Shown one piece after another: positions 38,364 through 47,750 of a stretch of 64,000 nucleotides of DNA. A program made the translations under genes and the position numbers. Every line of letters begins with the position of its first letter. Positions within the stretch are counted from its first letter, which is position 1. Source of the DNA: an uncultured Pelagibacteraceae bacterium (GTDB lineage Bacteria; Pseudomonadota; Alphaproteobacteria; Pelagibacterales; Pelagibacteraceae); NCBI GenBank assembly GCA_902586225.1, contig CACIGO010000002.1:12702-76701 (forward strand), written 5' to 3'. Below the pieces are notes generated by a model. The model had not been told where the DNA came from. It searched no databases and was given only the letters and a program-made list of their open reading frames with translations.

Positions 38364-39555
38364 ACTTAAATTTAACCCGTATTTAGAAAAACTTTATCAG
38401 TCGGATAAGCCACTGATAATCTACAAGGTCGATAATGGTTACGACATTTATACAGATTTTTCTAAAAAAATTAATTTATCAAAAAAAAATATACATAAAT
38501 TTTTAAATTCTTTTGAGAAAATGAAATATAAAAAAGAAACTGATCAATATGTTGGTTTTTTTGGATATGAAATTTTAAATTATTTACTTGGTATTAAAAT
38601 AAGTAAACAGTCTAAAAATAGTTTTTATAAAGGAGTTTTTTACAAACCAGAGACAATCATTAAAATTAGAGATAATATTTCAATATTTTCAAATAAAAAA
38701 AGGCAAGAATTTAATAATTATTTTAAACCAACTAAAATTTTATCACCATTTAAATTAAATATTAAATATCAAAAATACAAAAAAATATTTGATATTTTTT
38801 CAAAAAAAATAAGACAAGGAGAAACATATCAAATAAAAATTTGCACAAAATATCGTAATAAATCTTCAATAAATCCAATTAATTTTTTTTGGAGATTAAT
38901 GAAGTCAAATGCTTCCCCAGAATCTTTTATGATAAGAGATAAAAACTATTCTATTGTAAGCTGCTCTCCTGAAACTTTATTATTAAAAAAGGGTAACAAA
39001 ATTATTACCAAGCCTATTGCTGGTACATTAAGAAAAAGTAAAAAAACGAACAGATCTAGTGCTTTAAAGTTCTTTAGAAATAATTCTAAAGAGACTAAAG
39101 AACATAATATGATTGTTGACATGGAAAGAAGTGATTTATCCAGAGTTTGTATTCCAGGAACAGTAAAAATTGATAAAGAAAAGTATGTTGAGGAATACAG
39201 GCACTTATATCATTATGTTACAACTATATCTGGAAGCCTATTAAAAGGTATGACTATAAAAAATATTATCAAATCTATGATGCCTGGTGGATCAGTTATA
39301 GGTTGTCCAAAAATAAGAACATTAGAATTATTAAATCAACAAGAAAAAGAGAATAGAAACATTTTTACAGGTAGTTTTGGCTATATAAAGTTTAATAAAG
39401 ATATGAGATTTAATATAATAATAAGATCTATATTAAATTATAAAAATACATCAGAAATATCTGCAGCATCTGGAGTTGTATTAGATAGTGCAGCAAAAAA
39501 AGAATTTAATGAAAACTTTATAAAGGCAAAATCATTATTAGAATTATTTAAATGA
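38341..39555 (+). CDS. pabB: Chorismate-binding protein, aminodeoxychorismate synthase component I (PabB/TrpE family)
   Basis: GETYQ, SCSPE, PIAGT, EHNMIVDMERSD, PGGSVIGCPK, NIIIRS. Confidence 0.75.
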   Translation: MKDSKSHKLKFNPYLEKLYQSDKPLIIYKVDNGYDIYTDFSKKINLSKKNIHKFLNSFEKMKYKKETDQYVGFFGYEILNYLLGIKISKQSKNSFYKGVFYKPETIIKIRDNISIFSNKKRQEFNNYFKPTKILSPFKLNIKYQKYKKIFDIFSKKIRQGETYQIKICTKYRNKSSINPINFFWRLMKSNASPESFMIRDKNYSIVSCSPETLLLKKGNKIITKPIAGTLRKSKKTNRSSALKFFRNNSKETKEHNMIVDMERSDLSRVCIPGTVKIDKEKYVEEYRHLYHYVTTISGSLLKGMTIKNIIKSMMPGGSVIGCPKIRTLELLNQQEKENRNIFTGSFGYIKFNKDMRFNIIIRSILNYKNTSEISAASGVVLDSAAKKEFNENFIKAKSLLELFK

Positions 39556-40118
39556 TTTATATAATAGATCACCAGGATTCATTCACATGGAATGTAGTTC
39601 ATCAATTCTCTCAGTTTGATAAAGTTTATTGTTCAAATTATTTTGAAATAAATAACAGTTTATTAAATAAATCTAATACAATTGTATTATCTCCTGGACC
39701 CGGTTCACCCAAAGATTATCCTAATACTTCAAAAATTTATAATAAATTTAAAGGAAGAAAAAAAATCATAGGAATTTGCTTAGGGTATCAGCAAATATTA
39801 CATTGTGAAAATGCCAAAATTATTCAACAAAGGAGAATATTTCATGGTTATCAATCTGAAGTAAAAGTTGTTTCGAATAAATCCATCTTTAGAAAGAATT
39901 CTAAATTTAAAGTCGGAAGATATCATTCACTTAAGCTTCAAGAGCCATTTATTAAAGAAAATTTTGATATTACTATGAGATGCGCTAAAACTAATATTGC
40001 TATGGCTTTTGAAAACAAAAGAGATGATGTATATGGTTTTCAATTTCATCCAGAATCTTTTTTAACAACAAATGGTACAATTCTTATTAAAAAAATCTTA
40101 CAGTCGAAAAGATCTTAA
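39552..40118 (+). CDS. pabA: Glutamine amidotransferase, ADC/anthranilate synthase component II
   Basis: IDHQDSFT, SPGPGSP, GICLGYQ, RYHSL, QFHPES. Confidence 0.85.
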   Translation: MIYIIDHQDSFTWNVVHQFSQFDKVYCSNYFEINNSLLNKSNTIVLSPGPGSPKDYPNTSKIYNKFKGRKKIIGICLGYQQILHCENAKIIQQRRIFHGYQSEVKVVSNKSIFRKNSKFKVGRYHSLKLQEPFIKENFDITMRCAKTNIAMAFENKRDDVYGFQFHPESFLTTNGTILIKKILQSKRS

Positions 40119-40848
40119 AGAAAAAGAATTCAAAGATCTATGGAATGCCCATGGGGTATTTACAACTATGTGGATCTATGGAAAGCCTCAAAAGATTTTA
40201 TTTTTTAAAGAACACATAACAAATCTTATTAAGTCTACTAAAAATTATAAAATTTATGATCGAAATTTAAAAAGAGATATATTTAAAATAATTAAATCGA
40301 ATTTAAATAAACAAAAAAATTATAATCATTTATTGCGAATTGCAGTTACCAAAAGTTTAATTTCTATTTCTTTAAGAGATAAATTAAAAATTAAAAAAAA
40401 TCTTCAGTTAAATCTAGTAAATTATAATAGAATTAAGCCTGAGCATAAAAATCTGAAGTATAAATTTATTTTAAAAAATTTATCTAAAATGGATAATACA
40501 AAATCTGATATTGCTCTTTGCTCAAATGGAAAAATTCTAGAAACAGGTACTTCAAATATTATTTTTATAAAAGATAATAAATATTATTCACCTATAAGGA
40601 AATTTTATCGAGGAGTTAATCTAAAGTTTTTTGAAAAGCAATTTAAGATAAAAAAAACTAATATTAATATAAATAAATTAAATCAATACGAGGAGATACT
40701 TCTAATCGGATCTGGCAAGGGAGTTTCTACTGTTTCATCTATAAAAGAGAAAAACTGGAATAGAAAAAAATATAAATCCTATGAAATTTTTGTAAGTAAA
40801 TATCAAACTCAAATACTAAAACAAAAAAAATTGAGTAATTATTTATGA
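40072..40848 (+). CDS. pabC: Aminotransferase class IV (ADC lyase-like)
   Basis: GVFTTM, HKNLKY, ETGTSNI, YRGV; follows pabB/pabA. Confidence 0.65.
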   Translation: MVQFLLKKSYSRKDLKEKEFKDLWNAHGVFTTMWIYGKPQKILFFKEHITNLIKSTKNYKIYDRNLKRDIFKIIKSNLNKQKNYNHLLRIAVTKSLISISLRDKLKIKKNLQLNLVNYNRIKPEHKNLKYKFILKNLSKMDNTKSDIALCSNGKILETGTSNIIFIKDNKYYSPIRKFYRGVNLKFFEKQFKIKKTNININKLNQYEEILLIGSGKGVSTVSSIKEKNWNRKKYKSYEIFVSKYQTQILKQKKLSNYL

Positions 40849-41243
40849 GAAATCCTAATAACCCTTGCCTATTCTGTTTTACAAAGAAAAAGGAATATCT
40901 TTTTGAAAATGAACTAGCTTATGCAACGACTGACACTTACCCTGTATCAAAATTTCATTCACTTATTATTCCAAAGCGGTGTGTTAAAAATTATTTTGAT
41001 CTAACTTCAAAAGAAATCTTAGCGTGCAATAAATTAATAAAGAAACTGAAAAAAAAAATTGAAATGAACGATAAATCTGTAAAAGGTTTTAATATTGGTA
41101 CCAATTCAGGAAAGGTTGCAGGACAATCTATTAATCATTGTCATATTCATCTGATTCCAAGACGAAAAAATGATGTTAAAAATCCTCAAGGTGGTGTTCG
41201 AGCTGTAATTTCTTCTAAACAGCATTATGTAAGGAAAAAGTAA
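40845..41243 (+). CDS. HIT family nucleotide hydrolase/transferase
   Basis: CLFC, HSLIIPKR, histidine triad HCHIH. Confidence 0.9.
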   Translation: MRNPNNPCLFCFTKKKEYLFENELAYATTDTYPVSKFHSLIIPKRCVKNYFDLTSKEILACNKLIKKLKKKIEMNDKSVKGFNIGTNSGKVAGQSINHCHIHLIPRRKNDVKNPQGGVRAVISSKQHYVRKK

Positions 41244-41349
41244 CTTTTATTAACATTTTTTTATTGAGATGAGATTATTAGTCAGTTGAACTAATATTTT
41301 TTATAGATTAAGAACTTAGATTAGTATTATATTTAGCGGAGATAATAAT

Positions 41350-42144
41350 ATGTTCACAACAAATCCATTTGCTGTCCTTTCTTCAACAGTTCCTTCAATT
41401 GCTTTGCAAGCATTTGTTTTTTTGATGTTAGCATTAGTAGTGATTGGAACACTGATGGATATTATTCACAAGAAGAATGTAAAATATTTTTTTAATAATG
41501 CTAAAAAAGCAAAAAAAGCAGCAAGTAGAGAATTAAGTCTTGGAGAAAAAACAGCGATAATTTCTAAAACAGTAGTACATGATATTGGAACTACATCTGA
41601 ATTAGGTTTGGGCAAAAGAAGATTTGCACATGTATTAGGAATGTATGGAACAATATTATTTTGGATTGGTTCAGGTGTTATGATATTTGGATATTCTTCT
41701 CCTAATGCGGTAACTCCATCTATATGGCCAATCATTTGGCACGCTGGTGCAATTTTAACTTGTTTAGGAGCTTATTGGTTTTGGTTTTTTTTAAGAGTAG
41801 ATGTATCTGCTGAAGCTCACTCAGTTTTTAGAATCATAAAAGCAGATTTATTTGTTTTAGCTTTAGTATTATCGTCTACGTTTGGTTTAGCTTGGTCGTA
41901 TTTCCAATATTCAGGATCTACTGGTTTAAGTATTTTATTTTTAATTTTGTTTGCGGTTGCTAACATAGTTTTATTTGGAGGAGTTTACTGGTCTAAATTT
42001 GCTCATATGTTCTACAAACCAGGTGCTGCAATCCAAAAAAATTTAGCAGAAGCAGATGGTTCTAGAGATAATTTACCTCCACCTGCAGATGCTCCAGAAC
42101 AATTTGGACTTGGAATTAAACGTGAGGCACCAAAGCACTATTAA
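41350..42144 (+). CDS. aprM: APS reductase membrane anchor AprM
   Basis: About 5 TMs, HVLGMYG, YWFWFFLRVDV, WSKFAHMFYKP; directly upstream of aprBA. Confidence 0.9.
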   Translation: MFTTNPFAVLSSTVPSIALQAFVFLMLALVVIGTLMDIIHKKNVKYFFNNAKKAKKAASRELSLGEKTAIISKTVVHDIGTTSELGLGKRRFAHVLGMYGTILFWIGSGVMIFGYSSPNAVTPSIWPIIWHAGAILTCLGAYWFWFFLRVDVSAEAHSVFRIIKADLFVLALVLSSTFGLAWSYFQYSGSTGLSILFLILFAVANIVLFGGVYWSKFAHMFYKPGAAIQKNLAEADGSRDNLPPPADAPEQFGLGIKREAPKHY

Positions 42145-42183
42145 TATGATTGATAAAATTTTAAAGAAAGGTAATAAGTAGAT

Positions 42184-42654
42184 ATGTCAACTTTTGTATA
42201 CATGACGAGATGTGATGGTTGTGGTCATTGTGTAGATATATGTCCATCAGATATCATGCACATAGACGAAACTATTAGAAGAGCAAAAAATATAGAACCA
42301 AATTTTTGTTGGGAATGCTATTCATGCGTCAAGGCATGTCCTAACCATGCAATTGATGTAAGAGGATATGCTGACTTTGCTCCAATGGGTCATAGTGTTA
42401 GAGTTAGAAGAGAAGAAGAGAAAGGAACTATCTCTTGGAGAATTAAATTTAGAAACGGCACAGAGAAGAATTTTGTATCGCCAATAACAACAAAACCTTG
42501 GGGAAAATTCATACCAAAATTAGCTGAAGCTGATACTCCTAATCAAGGAGAGATTAATTCACAAATTTTATATAATGAGCCACATGGTTTAAATACTGAA
42601 AAAGATTTACCAACTTTAGATAAGAATTCATTTAAGCAAGGCGTTTATTATTAA
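42184..42654 (+). CDS. aprB: Adenylylsulfate reductase beta subunit
   Basis: CDGC..CVDICP and CWECYSCVKACP ferredoxin motifs, RGYADF. Confidence 0.95.
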   Translation: MSTFVYMTRCDGCGHCVDICPSDIMHIDETIRRAKNIEPNFCWECYSCVKACPNHAIDVRGYADFAPMGHSVRVRREEEKGTISWRIKFRNGTEKNFVSPITTKPWGKFIPKLAEADTPNQGEINSQILYNEPHGLNTEKDLPTLDKNSFKQGVYY

Positions 42655-44513
42655 TGGCTAAGCACAAAACAATCATTGAAGAATGTGATGTACTAGTTGT
42701 CGGTGGAGGTATGGCTGGAACAGGTGCTACCTTTGAGGCAAGACACTGGGGAAGAGATTTAAAAATAATCTGTGTAGAAAAAGCAAATATAGATAGAAGT
42801 GGTGCAGTTGCACAAGGTCTTTACGCTATTAACTGTTATATGGGAATGCAGTGGGGTGAGAATATGCCAGAGGACCATGTACGGTACGCAAGAAATGATT
42901 TGATGGGTCTTGTTAGAGAAGATTTAGGTTATGACATGGCACGTCATGTAGACTCAACTGTTCACATGTTTGATGAATGGGGTCTTCCAATGATGAAAAA
43001 TAAAGAAACTGGAAGATATCAAAGAGAAGGTAAGTGGCAAATAATGATACACGGCGAAAGTTACAAACCAATTGTAGCAGAGGCTGCAAAAAAATCTGCT
43101 GATAAAATTTATAACAGAATAATGATTACTCATCTTTTAAAAGATGAAAAAAATCCAAACCGAATAGCAGGTGCAGTTGGCTTTAATGTTAGAACTGGAA
43201 ATTTTCACGTATTTAAATCTAGAACAGTCGTTGTTTCTGCTGGAGGAGCATCGCATATATTTAAACCAAGAGCAGTTGGTGAGGGTATGGGTAGAACATG
43301 GTATGCACCTTGGAGTAATGGATCTGCCTATGCATTACCCATTCAAGCAGGTGCAAAAATGACTCAAATGGAAAATAGAATTGTACTTTGCAGATTTAAA
43401 GATGGTTATGGTCCAGTTGGAGCGTATTTCTTACATTTAAAAACTTATACTCAAAACGCTAATGGCGAAAATTATGAGAAGAAATGGTATGAGGCTACTA
43501 AAGAATTAGTAGGTGAATATATAGACCATCATCCAACACCAACTTGTTTAAGAAATCACGCATTTATACAAGAAACAGCTGCAGGCGGTGGACCAATCCA
43601 TATGGTCACAAAAGAAGCATTTCAAGACCCACATTTAGAAACTGTTGGATGGGAAAACTTCTTAGGAATGACAGTAGGACAAGCAGTCGTATGGGCATCT
43701 CAAAATATCGATCCAAAATATACAAATCCTGAATTAACTACATCAGAGCCATATGTAATGGGATCTCATGCTACATGTTCAGGAGCATGGGTTAGTGGAC
43801 CAGAAGATATAGCACCCGATGAATATTTTTGGGGATATAACAGAATGATGACAATAGATGGATTATTTGGAGCAGGAGATGCAGTTGGCGGAAGTGCTCA
43901 CAAGTTTTCATCTGGCTCATTCACAGAAGGAAGATTAGCCTCTAAAGCTGCTGTTAAATATATTCAAGATAAAAAAGCTGATGATATTGAAGTTTCTGAT
44001 GCACAATTAGAGAAGCTTAAAGAAGAAATATTCAAGCCAATTGAAAATTATACGGTGGGAAGAAATGAAATTACTGGAGGAACTGTTTCTCCAAGCTATA
44101 TTTTACCTATACAAGGACTACAAAGACTACAAAAAATTATGGATGAATATTGTGGTGGATTAACAAATAATTACATGACAAACGATAATCTACTTAAAAA
44201 AGGCCTAGAACAGCTACAACTACTTCAAGAAGACTTAGATCATGTTGGAGCTGAAGATTATCACCAATTGATGAGAGCATGGGAACTTAAGCATAGAGCT
44301 GTAACATCGGAATGTGTTGCTCATCATACATTATTTAGAGAAGAAACGCGTTGGCCAGGCTATTATTATAGAGGTGATCATATGAAACTTGATGATGAAA
44401 ACTGGCATTGTTTAACTGTTTCTAGAAGAGATCCTGAAACTGGAAAATTTGAAATGGAGAAAAAGCCTGTTTATCATATCGTTGATGATAAAGAGAAGAA
44501 GCAAGCTTCCTAA
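42654..44513 (+). CDS. aprA: Adenylylsulfate reductase alpha subunit
   Basis: VVGGGMAG, RSGAVAQGL, WQIMIHGESYK, RFKDGYGPVGA, HKFSSGS, REETRWPG. Confidence 0.97.
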   Translation: MAKHKTIIEECDVLVVGGGMAGTGATFEARHWGRDLKIICVEKANIDRSGAVAQGLYAINCYMGMQWGENMPEDHVRYARNDLMGLVREDLGYDMARHVDSTVHMFDEWGLPMMKNKETGRYQREGKWQIMIHGESYKPIVAEAAKKSADKIYNRIMITHLLKDEKNPNRIAGAVGFNVRTGNFHVFKSRTVVVSAGGASHIFKPRAVGEGMGRTWYAPWSNGSAYALPIQAGAKMTQMENRIVLCRFKDGYGPVGAYFLHLKTYTQNANGENYEKKWYEATKELVGEYIDHHPTPTCLRNHAFIQETAAGGGPIHMVTKEAFQDPHLETVGWENFLGMTVGQAVVWASQNIDPKYTNPELTTSEPYVMGSHATCSGAWVSGPEDIAPDEYFWGYNRMMTIDGLFGAGDAVGGSAHKFSSGSFTEGRLASKAAVKYIQDKKADDIEVSDAQLEKLKEEIFKPIENYTVGRNEITGGTVSPSYILPIQGLQRLQKIMDEYCGGLTNNYMTNDNLLKKGLEQLQLLQEDLDHVGAEDYHQLMRAWELKHRAVTSECVAHHTLFREETRWPGYYYRGDHMKLDDENWHCLTVSRRDPETGKFEMEKKPVYHIVDDKEKKQAS

Positions 44514-44522
44514 CCATTTTAG

Positions 44523-44873
44523 ATGAGTATTGTCGACAAATCAGACGAAGAAATCATTAAAATTGCTGATCCTATCTGGGATAACATGGTTAGATGTTCC
44601 AACATGAAAAATTATGGTGGTTTTACCAGGGATTTATCATCACAAATGCTTTACGGGGCCAACGAGGTAGAGCTAGGCAAGCAATGGGCAAGCAATAAGC
44701 TAATCTCAAGCCTTAAAGAAGGGTGTAAGGCTATAGGCTGTTTAAGAAGAGGCTTGTACGTGACTGTTATCTATAAACAAAACAGTACAGAGATACCTGG
44801 AGACTTTTTAGGTCGACTGGTACTTGGAGAAGAGGGAGATGAGGTCAAAGTCTTCGGGGCAACTATTTTTTAA
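44523..44873 (+). CDS. Hypothetical protein co-transcribed with aprMBA
   Basis: 116-aa ORF 9 nt after aprA stop; no family recognised. Confidence 0.75.
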   Translation: MSIVDKSDEEIIKIADPIWDNMVRCSNMKNYGGFTRDLSSQMLYGANEVELGKQWASNKLISSLKEGCKAIGCLRRGLYVTVIYKQNSTEIPGDFLGRLVLGEEGDEVKVFGATIF

Positions 44874-44924
44874 ATTTAATTAAATATTATTTGCATTTAA
44901 TAAAACTTGTGGTATTTCGCGGGT

Positions 44925-45071
44925 ATGCTTCAAGCTTTTAACCAAAATATTAAAAAAATCCCTTTATTAGTTTCTAATCAGCTTTCAAAAATAATTAAAT
45001 CTTTTCTATATCTTTTTATATTTTTTACTTGGGCAATTATAATCCTAGGAACATTTCAAAATTTTATTTAA
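44925..45071 (+). CDS. 48-aa hypothetical membrane protein (not in ORF track)
   Basis: MLQAFNQNIKKIPLLVSNQLSKIIKSFLYLFIFFTWAIIILGTFQNFI. Confidence 0.4.
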   Translation: MLQAFNQNIKKIPLLVSNQLSKIIKSFLYLFIFFTWAIIILGTFQNFI

Positions 45072-45122
45072 TTTATTCTTATAATCATTGACTTTGGATT
45101 ATGAGAGGAATAGTTAGATTGT

Positions 45123-46208
45123 ATGGAATATTTTCTTCCAATAGCTCAAGTCGAGATTAACATACTCTTTATATTTGGTTTAAGTTTAGCAGTCGGTATT
45201 CTTTCAGGATTATTTGGTGTAGGCGGAGGATTTTTAATGACACCATTTTTAATATTTTTAGGCATTCCACCTGCTTATGCAGTACCAAATGAAGCAAGCA
45301 ATATTTTAGGAACATCGGTATCCGGTTCAACTACTCATTATTTAAAAGGTACATTAGATTATAAAATGGGATTGATGATTGTAGTGGGAGGAACTATTGG
45401 AACCTTACTAGGCATCTTAACTTTTTCGTATTTTCAGGATATTGGAAAAATAAACATCGTTATCTCTTTAGCCTACATGTATATCTTAGCTATACTTGGA
45501 ACTTTAATGCTTATTCAAGGAGTATCAGAAATTGATAAGGCTAGAAAAAAAATTGTTGTTAGAAAAAAATTACATACTCATTATTGGATACATGGACTAC
45601 CTTTTAGAATGCGTTTTAAAAAATCAAAAGTTTATGAAAGTGCATTTACTCCAATTATTATTGGTTTAATTGTTGGATATATTGCAGCAATTATGGGAGT
45701 GGGTGGTGCATTTATATTGGTTCCTGCAATGATTTATATTATTGGAATGCCAACTAAACTAATTCCTGGCACATCTTTGTTTGTTACAATATTTGTAAGT
45801 GCAATCGTAACAGTTCTTCATGCTTTTAATTACGGAACAATTGATCTTGTTTTAGTTTTTGTACTTATACTTGGTTCAATTATTGGTGTTCAGTTTGGTC
45901 AAAAAATTGGTGAAAAAGTTGATAGCTCAGAATTTAAAACAATCTTAGCAGTACTTTTATTATTAGTTGGAATTGCAATTGCTTATGACACTTTTATTAA
46001 AGAAGATGTAATAGTTGAAACCGTAGTTAATGGAACTAAAAACCTTGGTAACATTGCACAGTTTATTTTAGATTATTCAAAAGACCTTCCTGTATTTTAT
46101 GGACTTACATCAGTTGTATTAGCAGTAGTTCTTGGAATTGGAGCTGCAATTTTAAGAAATTATATTTCTAAGTGGAACAAAGCTAGAGAAGCTAAGCTTA
46201 AAGCTTAA
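45123..46208 (+). CDS. TauE/SafE family sulfite exporter
   Basis: [32 protein letters not shown]. Confidence 0.9.
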   Translation: MEYFLPIAQVEINILFIFGLSLAVGILSGLFGVGGGFLMTPFLIFLGIPPAYAVPNEASNILGTSVSGSTTHYLKGTLDYKMGLMIVVGGTIGTLLGILTFSYFQDIGKINIVISLAYMYILAILGTLMLIQGVSEIDKARKKIVVRKKLHTHYWIHGLPFRMRFKKSKVYESAFTPIIIGLIVGYIAAIMGVGGAFILVPAMIYIIGMPTKLIPGTSLFVTIFVSAIVTVLHAFNYGTIDLVLVFVLILGSIIGVQFGQKIGEKVDSSEFKTILAVLLLLVGIAIAYDTFIKEDVIVETVVNGTKNLGNIAQFILDYSKDLPVFYGLTSVVLAVVLGIGAAILRNYISKWNKAREAKLKA

Positions 46209-47371
46209 GCACTTCTGTATAATTTAGTCATAACAAATTCTCTATGACCTAATGCTTCAGCACAAGTTAATCTTCCATTTGCAACTCTTATCGTAGCTTT
46301 AATTAATTCGTCACCAGCTTCATCTAAATTCATTTCTCTTGATAAGATTTTAGAAACATCAACATCAATATGTTCACTCATGGTTCTAGCAGTTAAAGGA
46401 TTAGCAGTTAGTTTTACTACTGGTTCAATTGGGTTTCCAATTATATTTCCTTGTCCAGTTGGAAATAGGTGGAGATTAAATCCTCCTGCAGCTTGTAAAG
46501 TAACACATTCAGCAGCAGCTGATGAAGTATCCATAAAGTATAATCCCGGACCTTTAGTTGGTTCTTCTGCTGGTTCTAGTACATCAATAAATTTACATCC
46601 CCCAATTTTTTGAAAATTTCCAAATGCTTTTTCTTCAATTGTAGTAAGTCCACCAGCTATGTTCCCAGCTGTTGGTTGACTTTCGGAAAGATCATCTGTT
46701 GCTTCTTTTAAAATGAATTCATTATAAGAACTCCAAGTTTTTCTAAACTTCTCTTGAGCCTCAGGAGTTTTTCCTCTTTTTTCACAAACAGTTTCAGCGC
46801 CCGTTAATTCAGATGTTTCACCAAAACACAAATGAACACCAAGAGGTTCTAATTTATCCATTAAATTTCCAACTGTAGGATTTGATGCTAATCCAGATGT
46901 TGTATCAGACTCTCCACATTTAACTGATATCCATAAATCACTTATAGGACGTTCTTCTCTTTGTTTCTCTGACGCCCAAATTGAAAATTCTTGAGCTTTC
47001 TTTGAAACTCTTGCAATTGTGTCTATATCTCCTACACCTTCTATACTAAAACCTTCAACTGGTTTTCCAGTCGTTGCAATTGCATCAACAATTCTTTTTG
47101 TCCATTTAGGCTCAATACCAATTACTATAACTGCTGCAACATTTGGATTTTTTCCTGTTCCAATCATTGTTCTAAAATGAAGCTCTAGGTCTGCTCCAAA
47201 TTGTAATCTTCCATAAGAATGTGGAAGTGCAATCGTACCTTTAATATTATTAGCTACAGCTTCAGCACAAGCATTTGAAATATCATCAACAGGTAGAATT
47301 ATTACGTGATTTCTTGTACCTGTTCTTCCATCTTCTCTTTTATATCCTAAAAACGTTTTTGGAATTTCCAT
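46205..47371 (-). CDS. suyB: UxaA family, (2R)-sulfolactate sulfo-lyase subunit SuyB
   Basis: [43 protein letters not shown]. Confidence 0.85.
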   Translation of the reverse strand: MEIPKTFLGYKREDGRTGTRNHVIILPVDDISNACAEAVANNIKGTIALPHSYGRLQFGADLELHFRTMIGTGKNPNVAAVIVIGIEPKWTKRIVDAIATTGKPVEGFSIEGVGDIDTIARVSKKAQEFSIWASEKQREERPISDLWISVKCGESDTTSGLASNPTVGNLMDKLEPLGVHLCFGETSELTGAETVCEKRGKTPEAQEKFRKTWSSYNEFILKEATDDLSESQPTAGNIAGGLTTIEEKAFGNFQKIGGCKFIDVLEPAEEPTKGPGLYFMDTSSAAAECVTLQAAGGFNLHLFPTGQGNIIGNPIEPVVKLTANPLTARTMSEHIDVDVSKILSREMNLDEAGDELIKATIRVANGRLTCAEALGHREFVMTKLYRSA

Positions 47372-47372
47372 T

Positions 47373-47660
47373 TTACCACTTTTTAGTTTTTACGTTGTGA
47401 ACATGCACATGCTCACCTTTTTTAATTGATTTTACGACTTTGCCAATATCATGCCCGTACTTTAATATTGTATCTCCCTCGTTAAGATCGGTCATAGCAA
47501 TTTTATGACCTAAAGGTATTTCATCCATCGATTGAATTTTTACTGATTTATCATTTTCCATAATCCAGCAATCACAGTCTTGTTTAGGAGTAATTTTTTC
47601 AATAACTACAACACCTACATTGTCTTTTTCATCGTGGATTATAATATCTGTGCCGGACAT
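47373..47660 (-). CDS. suyA: SAF-domain sulfolactate sulfo-lyase subunit SuyA
   Basis: [31 protein letters not shown]. Confidence 0.85.
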   Translation of the reverse strand: MSGTDIIIHDEKDNVGVVVIEKITPKQDCDCWIMENDKSVKIQSMDEIPLGHKIAMTDLNEGDTILKYGHDIGKVVKSIKKGEHVHVHNVKTKKW

Positions 47661-47750
47661 TGTGACGATTTCTTTGTTTGAAATTCGATCCAATTTATAT
47701 ATGAATTGGGCACTTTGACAATTAAAAAATAGAATTAAGAAGGATTTGAT

